A program made the position numbers and the translations under genes. Shown here one piece after another: positions 1-13,413 of a stretch of 64,000 bases of DNA. The notes beneath the pieces were generated by a model. It was not told the DNA's origin. It saw nothing but the letters and a program-made list of their open reading frames with translations, and searched no databases. Each line of letters starts with the position of its first letter. Positions within the stretch are counted from its first letter, which is position 1. Where the stretch lies: contig NC_086097.1 of assembly GCF_963921235.1 (NCBI RefSeq), positions 230,270,001-230,334,000 of the forward strand. The letters run 5' to 3'. The DNA is from Mobula hypostoma. Taxonomy: Eukaryota.

Positions 1-2626
1 GGACAACATAAGGAGAACTCTGCACATAATTAGAACAGGTTAATAAGAACGAGACAGAGACAATGGTAGTAGGATTGGACGCTGAGAAAGCTTTTGATTC
101 GGTTAGTTGGGCATTCCTATACAGAATGTTAGGAAGATTCGGCTTTCAAGAAAGGTTTATTAAAGTAATTCAGACTCTGTATGACAGCCCAACAGCCCGA
201 ATTAAGATAAATGGGGACCTCTCTGACTCCTTCATTTTAGAGAGAGGCACTAGACAGGGATGCCCAATTTCTCCTCTCCTTTTTGCGCTATATATTGAAC
301 CACTTGCCCAACTAATAGGACAGAGCGAAATCATAAAAGGTATCAAGGTGGCAGGGATTGAACAGAAAGTGGCGTTATTCGCAGATGATGTTTTGGTCTA
401 TCTGAGTGAACCAGAAAAATCATTTATAGGATTGTTTACACTGTTGGATGACTTTGGGAAAATATCAGGTTATAAAATAAATGTAAAGAAAATGCAGGTT
501 ATGTCCCTAAATTATACACCATCCAAAAAATTGCAGGATACATACGATCTTAAGTGGGAAGCTAAATCATTAAAATATTTAGGAATAACCCTGCCGAAGG
601 ATCTTTCAACACTGTCACAGGTAAATTATGGGCCATTAATCTCAGAGATAAAAGCAGATATGCATAGATGGAATCTTATCCCCTTTTTAAGTTTAAATTC
701 AAGGATAAATACTATAAAAATGAATATTCTTCCTCGGTTATTATATCTTTTCCGTACTTTACCAGTGGAGGTGGATGATAATCAATTCAGGGAATGGGAC
801 AAATGGATTTCCCGCTTCATTTGGCAAGGAAGGAAACCTAGAATTCGATATAATACCTTACAGTTAGGGAAGGAAAGAGGAGGTATGGTTCTTCCTTGCC
901 TGAGAAATTATTTTTATGCCTCACAGATAACCCCTCTGTTATATTGGTGTAATAGGGAATATAAGGCTAGATGGAAGGAAATAGAATTTGGATTAGTTGA
1001 CAGTTTTCCTCTTCAGGCCTCAATAGCTGACAAAGGATTGATGGCCCAGTTGGAAAAATTTAATAATGCTTGGATAAATCTTACATTAAAAGTATGGCAG
1101 AAGGTGGTTAATTCATGTGGAATTAATAACATGCTAAAACTCTTTAGATGGTGTGCATATGATACCGAATTCTTTCCCAACAGAGGAGATAAAAGATTTG
1201 AGCTATGGATAAAGAAAGGTCTTACAACCTACCTCTCATTTATAGATAAAGAGTATTACAAAGTTTCCAAATCCTGCAGGACAAACATGGCCTAGAACAT
1301 AATGACTTTTTTAGGTACCTTCAAATACGAAACTATGTTAACCAGAGTTGTAGATATACAGACCTATCAACAGTAGAATTAGAATTTTTCAAGATTCTGA
1401 ATTCGGCTTGCAGTTCAATACCTAGTAAATCAGTTTCTCGCCTATATAATGCACACTCCCATGCTAAAAATGTAAATACACTGTATATTAAAGAGAAGTG
1501 GGAGAAAGAAGCGGGGTTGGTACTTTCAGAGGAGGCTTGGGGGAAAATCTGCAGCTTTCAATGGTCCTCGACTAATTCTTTGACTTGGAGAGAACATTGT
1601 TGGAAAAACATTATAAGATACTTCAAGACCCCATATCAGGAAAAATATAAAGATACAAATGTGATGTGTTGGAGAAGGTGCGGCTCCAAGGAGGCGAATC
1701 ATTTTCATATTTTCTGGGATTGCCCTAAATTAAGTCTATATTGGGAAGGTATTCATAGAACATTAGTTAAGGTACTTAGGTCCCAGATACCTCTGAACTT
1801 TGAGACGCTCTATTTGGGGCATGTATTGTTCCTTGAACAGAAGGAAGATATAAAGTTGCTGCAGGCCCTCTTAGCGGCAAGTAAGAAATCAATCACTAGA
1901 AAATGGCTAAATCCAATACCACCTACATTAGAAGATTGGTACGAAATTATCTTGGAAATATTTAAAATGGAAAAGTTGACTTACTCCCTGAGAACTCAAA
2001 AAGAAACATTTTATCAAATCTGGAATAAATGGATTGAATATATAACCCCAATGCGAGCAGACTTTAGATGACTCTCCTAATGATTTATATTGCTCTTCTC
2101 ATCAACACAGTAATATTGCTAACGTAAGCACCCCTAGTCTAAATGTTTGTTGTTTTTTTTTGGAAAATAGAGAATTAACACAAGTAAAAGGAAAGATTTG
2201 GGAAAGGGATAAAAAAAAATGAAAAAATTAAGTAAATAAGTACATAGGGATTGGATAATTATGTCTGCGGGCAGGAACAAGCACGAACAAATTGGGATAT
2301 AAACACCTACAATGGTTGGTATATAGGCTTGTATGCAACATTTTGGACCAGTGGAAATGGTCCAGAAGGGTTGTATGGAAACTATTATTACCATTTTTCT
2401 TAACAACTAATTTCATTACTTAGCCTAATAGGTTAGATTTACCACAGTACATAATTATCTATTTAAATGTTTATTTTGCTTTTATATCATCTCAATGTGT
2501 ACTTAAGAATGTATAAATAATTGTAGTTTTATACATATAAAAAAATGGAAAAGGTTATATGTGTGAAAAAAGTACATGATAATTGTGAACTCCTTATCCA
2601 AATAAAAATAAAATTAAAAAAAAAAA
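1..2626 (+). mobile_element. L1-clade LINE: 3' half of ORF2 (RT and C-terminal zinc knuckle), 3' UTR and poly(A)
   Basis: RT motifs LDAEKAFD, GTRQGCPISPLLF, LFADD; FFRYLQIR motif; CWRRC..H.FHIFWDC knuckle; stop at 2071; AATAAA near 2601 then an A-tail. One frameshift near 1251 joins the two listed ORFs. Confidence 0.92.
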
Positions 2627-2629
2627 GAG

Positions 2630-3003
2630 CAAAAGAAATGGGAGCAGGAGTAGGTCATCTGGCCTGTCGAGCCTGCTCCACCATTCAATAAGATTATGGC
2701 TGATCTGACCATGGACTCATCTCCACCTACCTGCCTTTTCCCCATAACCCTTAATTCCCCTACTATGCAAAAATCTATCCAACATTGTCTTAAATATATT
2801 TACTGAGGCAGCCTCCACTGCTTCATTGGGCAGAGAATTCCACAGATTCACCACTCTCTGGGAAAAGCAGTTCCTCCTCATCTCCATCCTAAATCTACTC
2901 CCCTGAATCCTGAGGCTATGTCCCCCAGTTCTCGTCTCGCTTACCTGTGGAAACAACTTTCCTGCCTCTATCTAATCTATCCCTTTCATAATTTTATATG
3001 TTT
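2630..3003 (-). mobile_element. CR1 LINE 3' fragment
   Basis: TRTGGHSLRI..RRNCFSQRVVNLWNSLP C-terminus plus the family 3' UTR. Confidence 0.85.
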
Positions 3004-3489
3004 AATATCCCTCCCATGGTAGCAATATCCAGACAAACACATGCGCTTACAACGCATGTAAGCTACAATGTTTTGTACAAATTCTTTATCGCTTTTTCAA
3101 AGCCAAAAGAATAAGCAGATATCTTATTTGTCACCTGCACCATTCTACTTTGCAAATATCTTTGTATCTGCTTGATTCAGTTTCCCTGCCTCACAATAGA
3201 GCAAGTCTTCCCATTTTGGATTTGTCTACTCAGCCAAAATATCCAATCTTCACTTTTTCTGCATTTACACTATTTGTTAATTTGATTTTAGCAAATTTCA
3301 AAGTCACTCTTAATATACTGCAGTTTGTATAAAATATAATGAAAGCCTGAGATTCCTCGAAACAAAGCTTCGTTGCCTCATTATTGATATCCCAGCAAAT
3401 GGAAACAAAACGGTACAAAATGGTTCTTCATATTTTTCCATCCAACTATCTTCTCTTTCTCAAGTATTCCATTATGAAATCTATTTCTG

Positions 3490-4525
3490 CTAGCATGGAC
3501 AGAAGATTGGCTGACTGGCAGAAGGCAAGGAGTGGGAATAAAGGGGCACTGTTTTGGTTGGCTCCTGGTGACAGGCATTGTTCCACAGGGGTCAGTGTTG
3601 GGTCCTTTACTTTTCGCTTCATAAGTTTATGATCTGGACGATGGAATTGATGGCTTTGTGGCCAAGTTTGTAGATGATACAAAGATAGGTGGAGGGGCAG
3701 GTAACCTTGATGACGCAGGGAATCTGCAGCAAGACTAGAACAGAATAGGAGAATGGGCAAAGAAGATAGATTGAATACAGTGTAGCGAAGTGTATGGTCA
3801 TGCACTTTGAAAGAAGGAATAAAGGGATAGGCTATGTTTTCTAAACAGGAAGAGAATTCAGAATGTGAAGATGCAAAGGGACTTGGGAATGCTAGTGCAG
3901 GATTCCCTAAGGTGAACTTGCAGGTTGAGTTGGTAATGACAAATACAATGCTGGCATTTATTTCAAGGGAACAAGTACATAAAGGCAAGGGTGTAATGTT
4001 GAGACTTTATAAGGCATTGGTCAGACTGCATGTGGAGTATTGTCAGGAGTTTCTGGGCCCCATGTCTAAGAAAGGATTTGCTAGCACTGGGGAGGGTTCA
4101 GAGGATATTTTACAAGAATGATCCTGGGAATGAAAGGGTTGATGCATGTAGAGCATTTGATGGCTCTGGGCTTGTACTTGCTGGAGTTTAAAAAAATGGG
4201 GGGAGGGTCTCAATGAAACCCAATGGATATTGAAAGGCCTAGACAGCGTGGACGTGGAGAGGATATTTCCATTAGAGAGAGCCTAGGGCATAACCTCAGA
4301 ATAGAAGGATTTCTCTTTAGAACAGAGATGAGAAGGGATTTCTTTAGCCAGAGAGTAATGGCTCTGTAGAATTCATTGCCACTGACTGCTATGGAGGCCA
4401 TCATTGAGTATATTTAAAACAGAGGTTGATAGGTTCTTGATTAATAAGGGTATCAAAGGTTAAGGGGAGAAAGCAGGAGAATGGGATTGAGAGCTAAATA
4501 ATTCGGCCATGGCAGAGTAGGCTCA
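3490..4525 (+). mobile_element. Degenerate CR1 LINE, RT to 3' end
   Basis: Remnants of [19 protein letters not shown] and LRLYKALVR with many indels. Confidence 0.85.
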
Positions 4526-4590
4526 ATTCAATTCAATTCACTTTATTTTCCTTAAGGAACTTCGTTTGTGCAGTGGTAGGGAAAACATCT

Positions 4591-5775
4591 TATAACCATA
4601 TAACAATTACAGCACGGAAACAGGCCATCTCCACCCTTCTCGTCCGTGCCGAACTCTTACTCTCACCTAGTCCCACCAACCTACACTCAGACCATAACCC
4701 TCTGTTCCTTTCCTGTCCATATAGCTGTCCAATTTAACTTTAAACAACAACATCGAACATGCCTCAACCACTTCTGCTGGAAGCTCGTTCCACACGGCTG
4801 CCACTCTCTGAGTACAGAAGTTCCCCCTCAAGTTACCCCTAAACTTTTGCCCTTTAACTCTCAACTCATGTCCTGTTTGAATCTCCCCCACTCTCAATGG
4901 AAAAAGCCTATCCACGTCAACTCTATCTATCCCCCTCATAATTTTAAATACCTCTATCAAGTCCCCCCTCACCCTTATATGCTCCAAAGAATAAAGACCC
5001 AACTTGTTCAACCTTTCTCTGTAACTTAGGTGATGAAACCCAGGTAACATTCTAATAAATCTTCTCTGCACTCTCTCTATTTTGTTGACATCTTTCCTAT
5101 AATTCAGTGACCAGAACCGTGCACAATACTTCAAATCTGGCCTTACCAATGCCTTGTACAATTTCAACATTACATCCCAACTCCTATACTCTGATTTATA
5201 AAGGCCAGCATACCAAAAGCTTTCTTCGCCACCCTATCCACATGAGATTCCACCTTCAGGGAACTATGCACCATTATTCCAAGATCCCTCTGTTCTACTG
5301 CATTCTTCAATGTCCTACCATTTACCAAGTATGTCCTATTTTGATTAGTCCTACCAAAGTGTAGCACCTCACATTTATCAACATGAAACTCCATCTGCCA
5401 TCTTTCAGCCCACTCTTCTAACTGGCCTAAATCTCTCTGCAAGCTTTGAAAACCTACTTCATTATCCATAACTCCACCTATCTTAGTATCATCTGCATAC
5501 TTACTCATCCAATTTACCACCCCATCATCCAGATCATTAATATATATGACAAACAACATTGGACCCAGTACAGATCCCTGAGGACACCACTAGACACCGG
5601 CCTCCAACCTGGCAAACAGTTATCCACCACTACTCTCTGGCCTCTCCCATCCAACCACTGCTGAATCTATTTTACTACTTCAATATTAATACCTAACGAT
5701 TGAACCTTCCTAACTAACCTTCCGTGTGGAACCTTGTCAAAGGCCTTACTGAAGTCCATATAGACAACATCCACA
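4591..5775 (-). mobile_element. 5'-truncated CR1 LINE
   Basis: [17 protein letters not shown] and LYKALVRP..FWS..QRV..WNELP; short-repeat tail near 4591. Confidence 0.92.
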
Positions 5776-7124
5776 TCAAGAACACATCCATCACAGAACT
5801 TAAGATACACAACACCACACTACATATAGTTAAACACAATATAAAGTACTCATAAGAAATGGAGCAAATTGTCTAATTCTGTTGCCATGACTTATGGTCT
5901 AACATTTAAAAATGTAATATATCCCCTTTATTGGTACTCTACTTTTTTTTAAATCCAAACTATCAAGGACAACTTTTTCCAATTCACGATTGGAGACATT
6001 TCCTGTCATTAATCATTAAGTATCGACAGTTTGGTATGTGCTGTCTCTTTCACAGCAGCCCTTTGGATTAGATTTTAAAGCAGGGGCCCGGTGGTTGGGG
6101 ACTGCTGTTCTAAAGCATTCAACTGCAGCCACATGTCAAGCTGTTGATGCTTCTGGCCATTTCCCAATGCACCACCAGCTCTCAAAGACACTCAAGAAAG
6201 TGGGAGCACCACTAGGACTCAGTCCTTGATGCTGCTCCACTATTAAATGTTTACATGATTAATCTGCCAGAGACATGAATTCCTCATCTATGCCAGTTCC
6301 CCAACCATTCAAAAAATATCTCTCTAAGTACCTCTGGAGTAGATAATTTTAGGAGATTCATTGCCACCTGCAAGAAATGTCTAAGCATCTCAGTTTAAAA
6401 AAAAGGTTAAAAGTTTATAAATTTTCAACCTGTGAACTACCTCTACAGAGCTGAACATTTTCAGCTCGTTAGGGAAATAGTAATGCAGCCTATTCATATG
6501 AATCAAGGATTTCCTTTTGCCCTGTTGACTTGCACATTCTGCTAATTGCTCAGTTAGATTAGTTGACTTTGTTCAGTAGGAGGTGACTGGAACAGTTTAA
6601 CAACTATTATTACCACAAAGCATAACGAACGTGTACAAGCTCATAGATAACCTGCAGATTGTGCAGTTTTCAGCACTTCATTTCTAAGAAAGTTAGAAAT
6701 GAAAAAAGAAGGCATGAAAAACGTTATCAGAATGAAATATTTGAATAACAATGAACAACTTTCAAAGTCAGGGCTTTCACAGTTCAGTAATTTTCCAGAG
6801 GTGTTAAAATTATGAATGATCTTTGCCACTGGCTGGTGGTTACATGACTGTCAGATCATCTCAAAATAAGAGTAAGTTCAAAAATACTACTTTAAATCTG
6901 TTAACTCCTGGTTTCAAACAGCTGTAGATATAGAATCCACAAGTTGTTTGAAAAGAGAACTAGATTGCTTCTTGATTAAAAAAAAACTACCCTAAAGCAA
7001 ATAAAGACTAGCTGGAATGGTGCAATTAGTTTCAAATGGAGAAAAATATTGGTACTTTTAATTATAGATCTGGTGAGGATTGATGAACTTAATGGAATCC
7101 AGAAAATTCTATAAAGTATGACCC

Positions 7125-7500
7125 GTCGGCAGATACGAGTTCAGTGGGACAGGACAAAGCCAAAACAATGGGTCTACCTGGACAAGTGGGTTTGTGGATC
7201 TTGGGTAGGAAGTGGAAACAGGAGATGTGGGGTGCAGGGACTATGAGGTTGGTGGCGGTGGATGGGAGATCCCCAGAGTCAACAAGGTTGGTGATGGTGT
7301 GGGAGATGATAGCCTGGTGTTCCTCAGTGGGGTCCTGTTTGAGGGGTAAGTAAGAGGAGGTGTCTGAGGGTTGGCACTGGGGCTCAGCAAGGTAGAGGTC
7401 AGTACATCAGATTACTGCAGCACCTCCGTTATCTTTGGGTTTAATGGTGAGGTTAGGATTGGTGTGGAGGGAGTGGAGAGCCAAGCGTTTGAAAGGAGTG
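7125..7500 (-). mobile_element. Penelope-like element, fragment of the RT N-terminal region
   Basis: Minus translation gives NLTIKPKDNGGAAV..DLYLAE..SDTSSY..DPT..FHFLPKIHKPTCPGRPIV..SCPTELVS, which are PLE RT motifs. Confidence 0.8.
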
Positions 7501-7539
7501 AAGTTGGAACAGGAGAGAGGACTGTTGAAGTACAAAGTT

Positions 7540-9400
7540 GTAACTAAGGAGAGAGTAGGTCACCTTAAAGACTTAAGTAGTAATCTATGTGTGGATCACT
7601 TTCACTTATTTTGGGATAATTTTATTTTTGAGATTAAGTAGCAAAAGAGACAGATAAAGTGGCAAATAAGATGTATGGTATGGCTGGGGCACTGAGACAT
7701 ACAATTGTACAAATCATTGGTGACACCACATGTCACATGTGCATAGTTCTGGTTGCCATATTCCAAGAAGAATGTGATTAAGTTTGACAGATTCACAGGA
7801 ATGTTGCCTGGACTGGAAGGCTTGAGTTATAAGGAATAATTGGATTGTCTGGGACATACTTCTGACGTGGAGTTTTTCGAGGAGGTTACCAGGAAAGTGG
7901 ATGAAGGGAAGGCAGTGGATATTGTCTACATGGACTTCAGTAAGGCCTTTGACAAGGTTCCGCATGGGAGGTTAGTTAGGAAAATTCAGTCGCTAGGTAT
8001 ACATGGAGAGGTGGTAAATTGGATTAGACATTGGCTCAATGGAAGAAGCCAAAGAGTGGTATTAGTGAATTGCTTCTCTGAGTGGAGGCCTGTGACTAGT
8101 GGTGTGCCACAGGGATCAGTGCTGGGTCCATTGTTATTTGTCATCTACATCAATGATCTGGATGATAATGTGGTAAATTGGATCAGCAAATTTGCCGATG
8201 ATACAAAGATTGGAGGTGTAGTAGATAGTGAGGAAGGTTTTCAGAGCCTGCAGAGGGACTTGGACCAGCTGGAAAAATGGGCTGAAAAATAGCAGATGGA
8301 GTTTAATACAGACAAGTGTGAGGTATTGCATGTTGGAAGGACAAACCAAGGTAGAACATACAGGGTTAATGGTAAGGCACTGAGGAGTGCAGTGGAACAG
8401 AGGGATCTGGGAATACAGATACAAAATTCCCTAAAAGTGGCGTCACAGCTAGATAGGGTCGTAAAGAGAGCTTTTGGTACATTGGCCTTTATTTATCAAA
8501 GTATTGAGTATAAGAGCTGGAATGTTATGATGAGGTTGTACAAGGCATTGGTGAGGCCAAATCTGGAGTATTGTGTTCAGTTTTGGTCACCAAATTACAG
8601 GAAGGATATAAATGAGGTTGAAAGAGTGCAGAGAAGGTTTACAAGGATGTTGCCGGGACTTGAGAAACTCAGTTACAGAGAAAGGTTGAATAGGTTGGGA
8701 CTTTATTCCCTGGAGCGTAGAAGAATGAGGGGAGATTTGAGAGGTATATAAAATTATGATGGGTATAGATAGAGTGAATGCAAGCAGGCTTTTTCCACTG
8801 AGGCAAGGGGAGAAAAAAAACAGAGGACATGGGTTAAGGGTGAGGGGGGAAAAGTTTAAAGGGAACATTAGGGGGGGCTTCTTCACATAGAGAGTGGTGG
8901 GAGTATGGAATGAGCTGCCAGATGAGGTGGTAAATGCGGTTCTTTTTTAACATTTGAGAATAAATTGGACAGATACATGGATGGGAGGTGTATGGAGGGA
9001 TATGGTCCGTGTGCAGGTCAGTGGGACTAGGCAGAAAATGGTTCGGCACAGCCAAGAAGGGCCAAAGGGCCTGTTTCTGTGCTGTAGTTTCTATGGTTCT
9101 ATGGAGGGATGACCTTATAGAAATAAACACAATTATGATGGGCATAGATAGGGTAGATGGTAACAATGTTTATCCCAGCCTAGGGGAATCTAAAACTAGC
9201 GGGTATAGATTTAAGAAGGTAATTAAGGGGCAAGATTTTCCACTTAGAAGGTGGTGAGTAGCTGTCAGAAGAGGTGTACAACATCTAAAAGACATTTAGA
9301 CAGGTACATGGAAAGGAAAGGTTTAGAGGGACATGGACCAAACCCAAGCAAATAGGATTAGCATAGATAGGGACCTTATTCTGTACTGTATTACTCTATG
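7540..9400 (+). mobile_element. Old CR1 fragment (about 7540-7860 and 9104-9400) interrupted by a younger CR1
   Basis: Decayed CR1 C-terminal sequence on both sides of the young copy is collinear. Confidence 0.7.
7862..9103 (+). mobile_element. Young 5'-truncated CR1 LINE
   Basis: [45 protein letters not shown]; one stop near 8290 and one small indel near 8740; ttctatgg tail. Confidence 0.93.
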
Positions 9401-9959
9401 AAAGTATGCTCCTTGGGCTTTAAATTCCTTCAGGAGTTCAACCATATGTGAAATTGTTATCTATAAAACTGTCCTATAAATGTGTCATTTTTATTCTGCT
9501 GAACTCCCAAAGGAATTGAAAGTGCAATCAATATACCTTCTGGGAGCAACCAATAACTGAAACCTTCATGATCTGCTCACCTCACTTCAAACTATTGTGA
9601 TACTACCTCGATCAGTGCTGTGAGGCATGCACTGAATGACAAAAAAAATGCTGCTTCCTCCAACTGCAGTTTCTTGGCACTCTGGTGCTATTGGCTAGAA
9701 CCCCAAGCTGCAGAGTTTGTTTCCTAGTAAACAGTGAATGTCCAAAGTACACTTGATATCCTAACGATGATCCATGGAGTGTATATATTGGTGATGGGCA
9801 CTCTCTACAGTCTGCCTCAGGGTCTGATTGATGAGAGCAACTAAAATTTTTAGTTTCTTGATGAGTGATTCATGGATACACCAACATCTTTTTTTTTATT
9901 GTACTTAAAAGTTTAACTTTCCAAATCACTGAGAGAAGATCTGTAGGGAGCAGCCTACT

Positions 9960-10377
9960 ACCCTCTGTGAATTCTTCCTATGCTTCCCTTTTCCTTACTA
10001 AAGCAGTCAGTATAATCAAAGGCCTCACCCACCCCAGACATTCTCTTCTCCCCTTTCCTATTGGGCAGAAGATACAAAAGCCCGAAAGCACGTGCCACCA
10101 GGCTTAAGGATAGTTTCCATCCCACTGTTATCAAGCTCTTCAAAGGACCTCCTGTATAATAAATTGGAGTCTTGACCTCACAGTCTACCGCGTTACGATC
10201 TTGTACTTTATCGTTTACCTGCACTGCACTCTCTATCTAGCTTTTACACTTATTTGCATTAATATTGCTTTACCTTGTTCTACCTCAAAGCACTGTATAA
10301 TGATTTGATCTGCATGAACAGTATATAAGACAGGCTTTTCACTGTATCTTGGTACATGTGACAATAATGAACCAATA
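9960..10377 (+). mobile_element. Rex/Babar-like LINE 3' fragment
   Basis: KAVSIIK..THP.HSL..GRRYKS.KA..TRLKDSF.P.VI C-terminal motif plus 3' UTR. Confidence 0.7.
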
Positions 10378-10557
10378 GTCTACTGTGAAAAATAAGACAG
10401 AAGGTTCATAATAAAACTCAAGCACTTAGCAAATCAAAGAGAATTAAAGTACGGCCAATTAAGGTTAAACAGTCTATCTATAGGATTTATTTTGTCTCCA
10501 AGCAGCAAGTTTAAAATCTTTCCCAACTGGCTGTTTCACACGCATAATGAAATTTAC

Positions 10558-10656
10558 CTTGGTGATGTGTGTAGTGGTTGTGGTACTTGAAGTTTCTGAG
10601 GTGATGGTCTGAGCACTCATTAGAACTCCTGGGTCACTGTCAACACTTGAGTCCAA
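10558..10656 (-). CDS. EPB41L3: EPB41L3 CTD exon; last exon found in the window
   Basis: tttgttag|TTG...AAG|gtaaat, 99 nt; LDSSVDSDPGVLMSAQTITSETSSTTTTTHITK, a hallmark of the protein 4.1 C-terminal domain. Confidence 0.95.
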
Positions 10657-11029
10657 CTAACAAAGAGAAAGTAAATAAACTCTGACTTTCTGTTGACCAT
10701 CACCAATATTACAACTAATAGCAGTTGAGGCAAGCAAAGTGTTTTTTTCCTCTGTTGCTCTTCTTACAGATGTTGCATAACAACATCTGTAAGTATTTAG
10801 TTATTAATACAAATAGATGTTGTTCAAATGAATTGCTTAAGAGAAACATCTGCCTCATTACAATTTAAATGATAACCTGGTTGTTAACAAAACAAAATTC
10901 TCTTTGTGATTAGCTAAAAAGGATTCAGTAATCTATATTTCCATATTGGAATCTGTTCCTTTAACATTATTTAGAGTGGCAATTGTTACGTTTTTCCAAA
11001 GTCAACACGTGTTTATCAATACTAACACA

Positions 11030-11200
11030 AAAGATTCTGCAATTGCTGGAAAACCAAAGCAACACACACAAAATGCTGGAGGAACTCAGGAAGTCAGGCA
11101 GCATCTATGGAAATAAATATTTCCATTCAAAACATTGACTGTTTGGTCATTTCCATGGATGCTGCCGATTCTGCTGAGTTCCTCCAGCATTTTGTGTGAG
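11030..11200. mobile_element. Palindromic PLE-derived short element, centre deleted
   Basis: cacacaaaatgctggaggaactcag..ggcagcatctatggaa followed by its reverse complement. Confidence 0.8.
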
Positions 11201-11244
11201 GTGTTTATTAATGCTAGCCCTCTAGTTTTCAAGTACGCAAGGCA

Positions 11245-11505
11245 GATGGCACAGTAGTATAGTGGTCAATTCCCACCGCCGTCTGTAAAGAGCTTGCACG
11301 TTCTCCCCATGACCGAGTGGGTTTCCGCCAGTTGCTCTGGTTTCCCCCCACAGTCCAAAGACCTATTGGTTGGTAGGTCAATTGGTCATTGTAAATTGTC
11401 CCGTGATTAGGTCCCCTAGGCTAGGGTTAAATTGGAGGTTGCTGGGCAGAGTGGCTCGAAGGGCCACAGGGCGCCTATTCTGTGCTGTAATAAAAATAAA
11501 ATAAA
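11245..11505 (+). mobile_element. tRNA-derived SINE (V-SINE/HE1-like)
   Basis: Core tgcacgttctccccatgacc..gtgggtttcc..gctctggtttccccc.acagtccaaagac; aataaa tail. Confidence 0.75.
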
Positions 11506-11845
11506 GCACGTTCAGCCGTTTACCTCCCATTATCAAAATCAAACAGTTTGTTTTGCAGACTTTTGCACTATTATGGGGAATGTTCATGTGCTTTGCTGCT
11601 TTCTTTCAGTAGCTCTGTGGTGCTGATCATGCATTGATCCACATTTGTTGCCATAGATACATGTCTCTTGAAGTGAAAGGACTGTAATGGCTGCAACCTA
11701 CATACTAGTTATCACCTTTACATCTCACACCTCTAATCAAATCCTCTAACTACAGGCAGCCTTCTGGTCTTTAAACCCCAGTCAGGATATTTCTTGGATC
11801 CATACAGCTTCAGTACATTTCATTTATATATTACTAATCTCTTGT

Positions 11846-13047
11846 TCTTAATGAAATTAATGAGTGCCAGAGCGGATTTATACCGGGTAAAGGTACCCGT
11901 GAAGGGATCTTCAATTTGCAAATGATTGTGGAACGAGGTCTAGAAAAAAAAAGACATTTACATGTGCTTCCTGGATTACGAAAAAGCTTTTGACCAAGTC
12001 AATCATGAACAGCTGGTCAATTGCCTGAACTCATTGGGGCTGGATGGGAAAGATGTTCGACTGATTGCGAGTCTGTACTGGCATCAGAAGACAGTAATAA
12101 GAACTAGTGGTGGGAATTCACCGGAAGTTGGGATCCAAAAAGGGGTTCGCCAGGGCTGCATTATCTCCCCTTTATTATTTAACATTTACTCAGAGGTAAT
12201 CTTCAGGGTGTTGAACGATGAAGCTGGTGTCCAAATTGGTGGAGAGACGGTGAACAACTTGAGGTTTGCAGATGATTCAGTGTTGTTAACCGAGACTGAG
12301 GATGAGTTACTCAGAATAGTAGATAAGATAAATGCTGAAGGAGAACGATTTGGAATGAAAATAAATGCTGCAAAGACAAAGATGATGGTAGTATCACGGA
12401 AGAAAGAAATCCCCAAAATCAGTATCAAAATCCATGGCGTAGGCATGGAGCAAGTCAAGAAGTTTGTGTACTTGGGACAGATGGTCACAGAGGATGGGAA
12501 ATATGATACAGAAATTAGACGAAGAATTGAAATTGCAAGATCAACGTTCTGGAGCCTGAGTGACGTGCTGTGTGGCAAGAGGTTAGGCTTTGGGCTGCAT
12601 TGTAGAATTTGGAAATGCTACGTCTGGAGCAGTCTGTTGTATGGAGTCGAATCGTGGACCTTATGCAAGGAAGTGCAACGACGACTGGAGGCATTTGAGA
12701 TGTGGTGTTTAAGGAGAATGCAGAAAATTAGATGGGTGATGAAGGTCAGTAATATGGACGTGTTGAAGAGAGCGAGGAGAGAAAAGGAGTTACTGAAGAA
12801 TGTGCAGAAAAGGAAGCTGGAATATGCCGGGCACTTGTTAAGAGGTGGTGGACTGAAGAAATCGTTATTGGAAGGGATGATAGAAGGAAAGAGGGAAAGA
12901 GGAAGGCAGCGAACCACTTGGTACGATAATGTGAGGCAATGGACTGGGTTGAGTTATGCTGAGGCCAGAAAAAGAGCGCAAGATCGAAGAAGATGGAGGT
13001 GCATAGCCGCCAACCCTGGATTCGGGACGGCACCCACCCACTGACTG
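11846..13047 (+). mobile_element. Young 5'-truncated RTE-clade LINE with 10-bp TSD
   Basis: QSGFIPGKGTREGIF..CFLDYEKAFD..GVRQGCIISPLLFNIYSE..NNLRFADD..EG.IEGKRERGRQR; ORF 11962-13044 open. TSD aatctcttgt at 11836-11845 and 13048-13057. Confidence 0.92.
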
Positions 13048-13284
13048 AATCTCTTGTATGCTCTAGGCTGTGCAGGTTCTGAAGACAATGTATTCATTAT
13101 TACTGAAACTTCTTCCAACTCAGTTACCTGTTTTCAAATTTGATCTGTGTAAGCAGTGAATGTATAAAACAGAAATAAAGGCAGTTGCACAGACAAACTT
13201 TTTAACACTATGGACAACATTATTGATTATTGTCTGTAAAATTAATGATGAACTGCACAGAAGACTGCTCATCACATCCGTTAC

Positions 13285-13413
13285 CTTTGCTGATTCGTAG
13301 GTGATGGTTTTAGTCTCAGTGTGAACCACTGGAACATCCTTGGTGCAAATTTCTTTCCCATCCTCTTTACTTAAGCTTTCAAAGCTGACAGTTTCTGTCT
13401 TAACAACAGGTGG
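13285..13413 (-). CDS. EPB41L3: EPB41L3 CTD exon
   Basis: tatgtag|CCA...AAG|gtaacg, 129 nt; PPVVKTETVSFESLSKEDGKEICTKDVPVVHTETKTITYESAK. Confidence 0.94.

Noticed and set aside
1..10557. Expected next CTD exons (TVKGGISETRIEKRIVITGD...)
   Set aside because: Not found by eye; presumably left of the window.
12186..13033. Antisense ORFs over the RTE (and similar ORFs over CR1 copies and exons)
   Set aside because: Shadow frames of coding sequence on the opposite strand.
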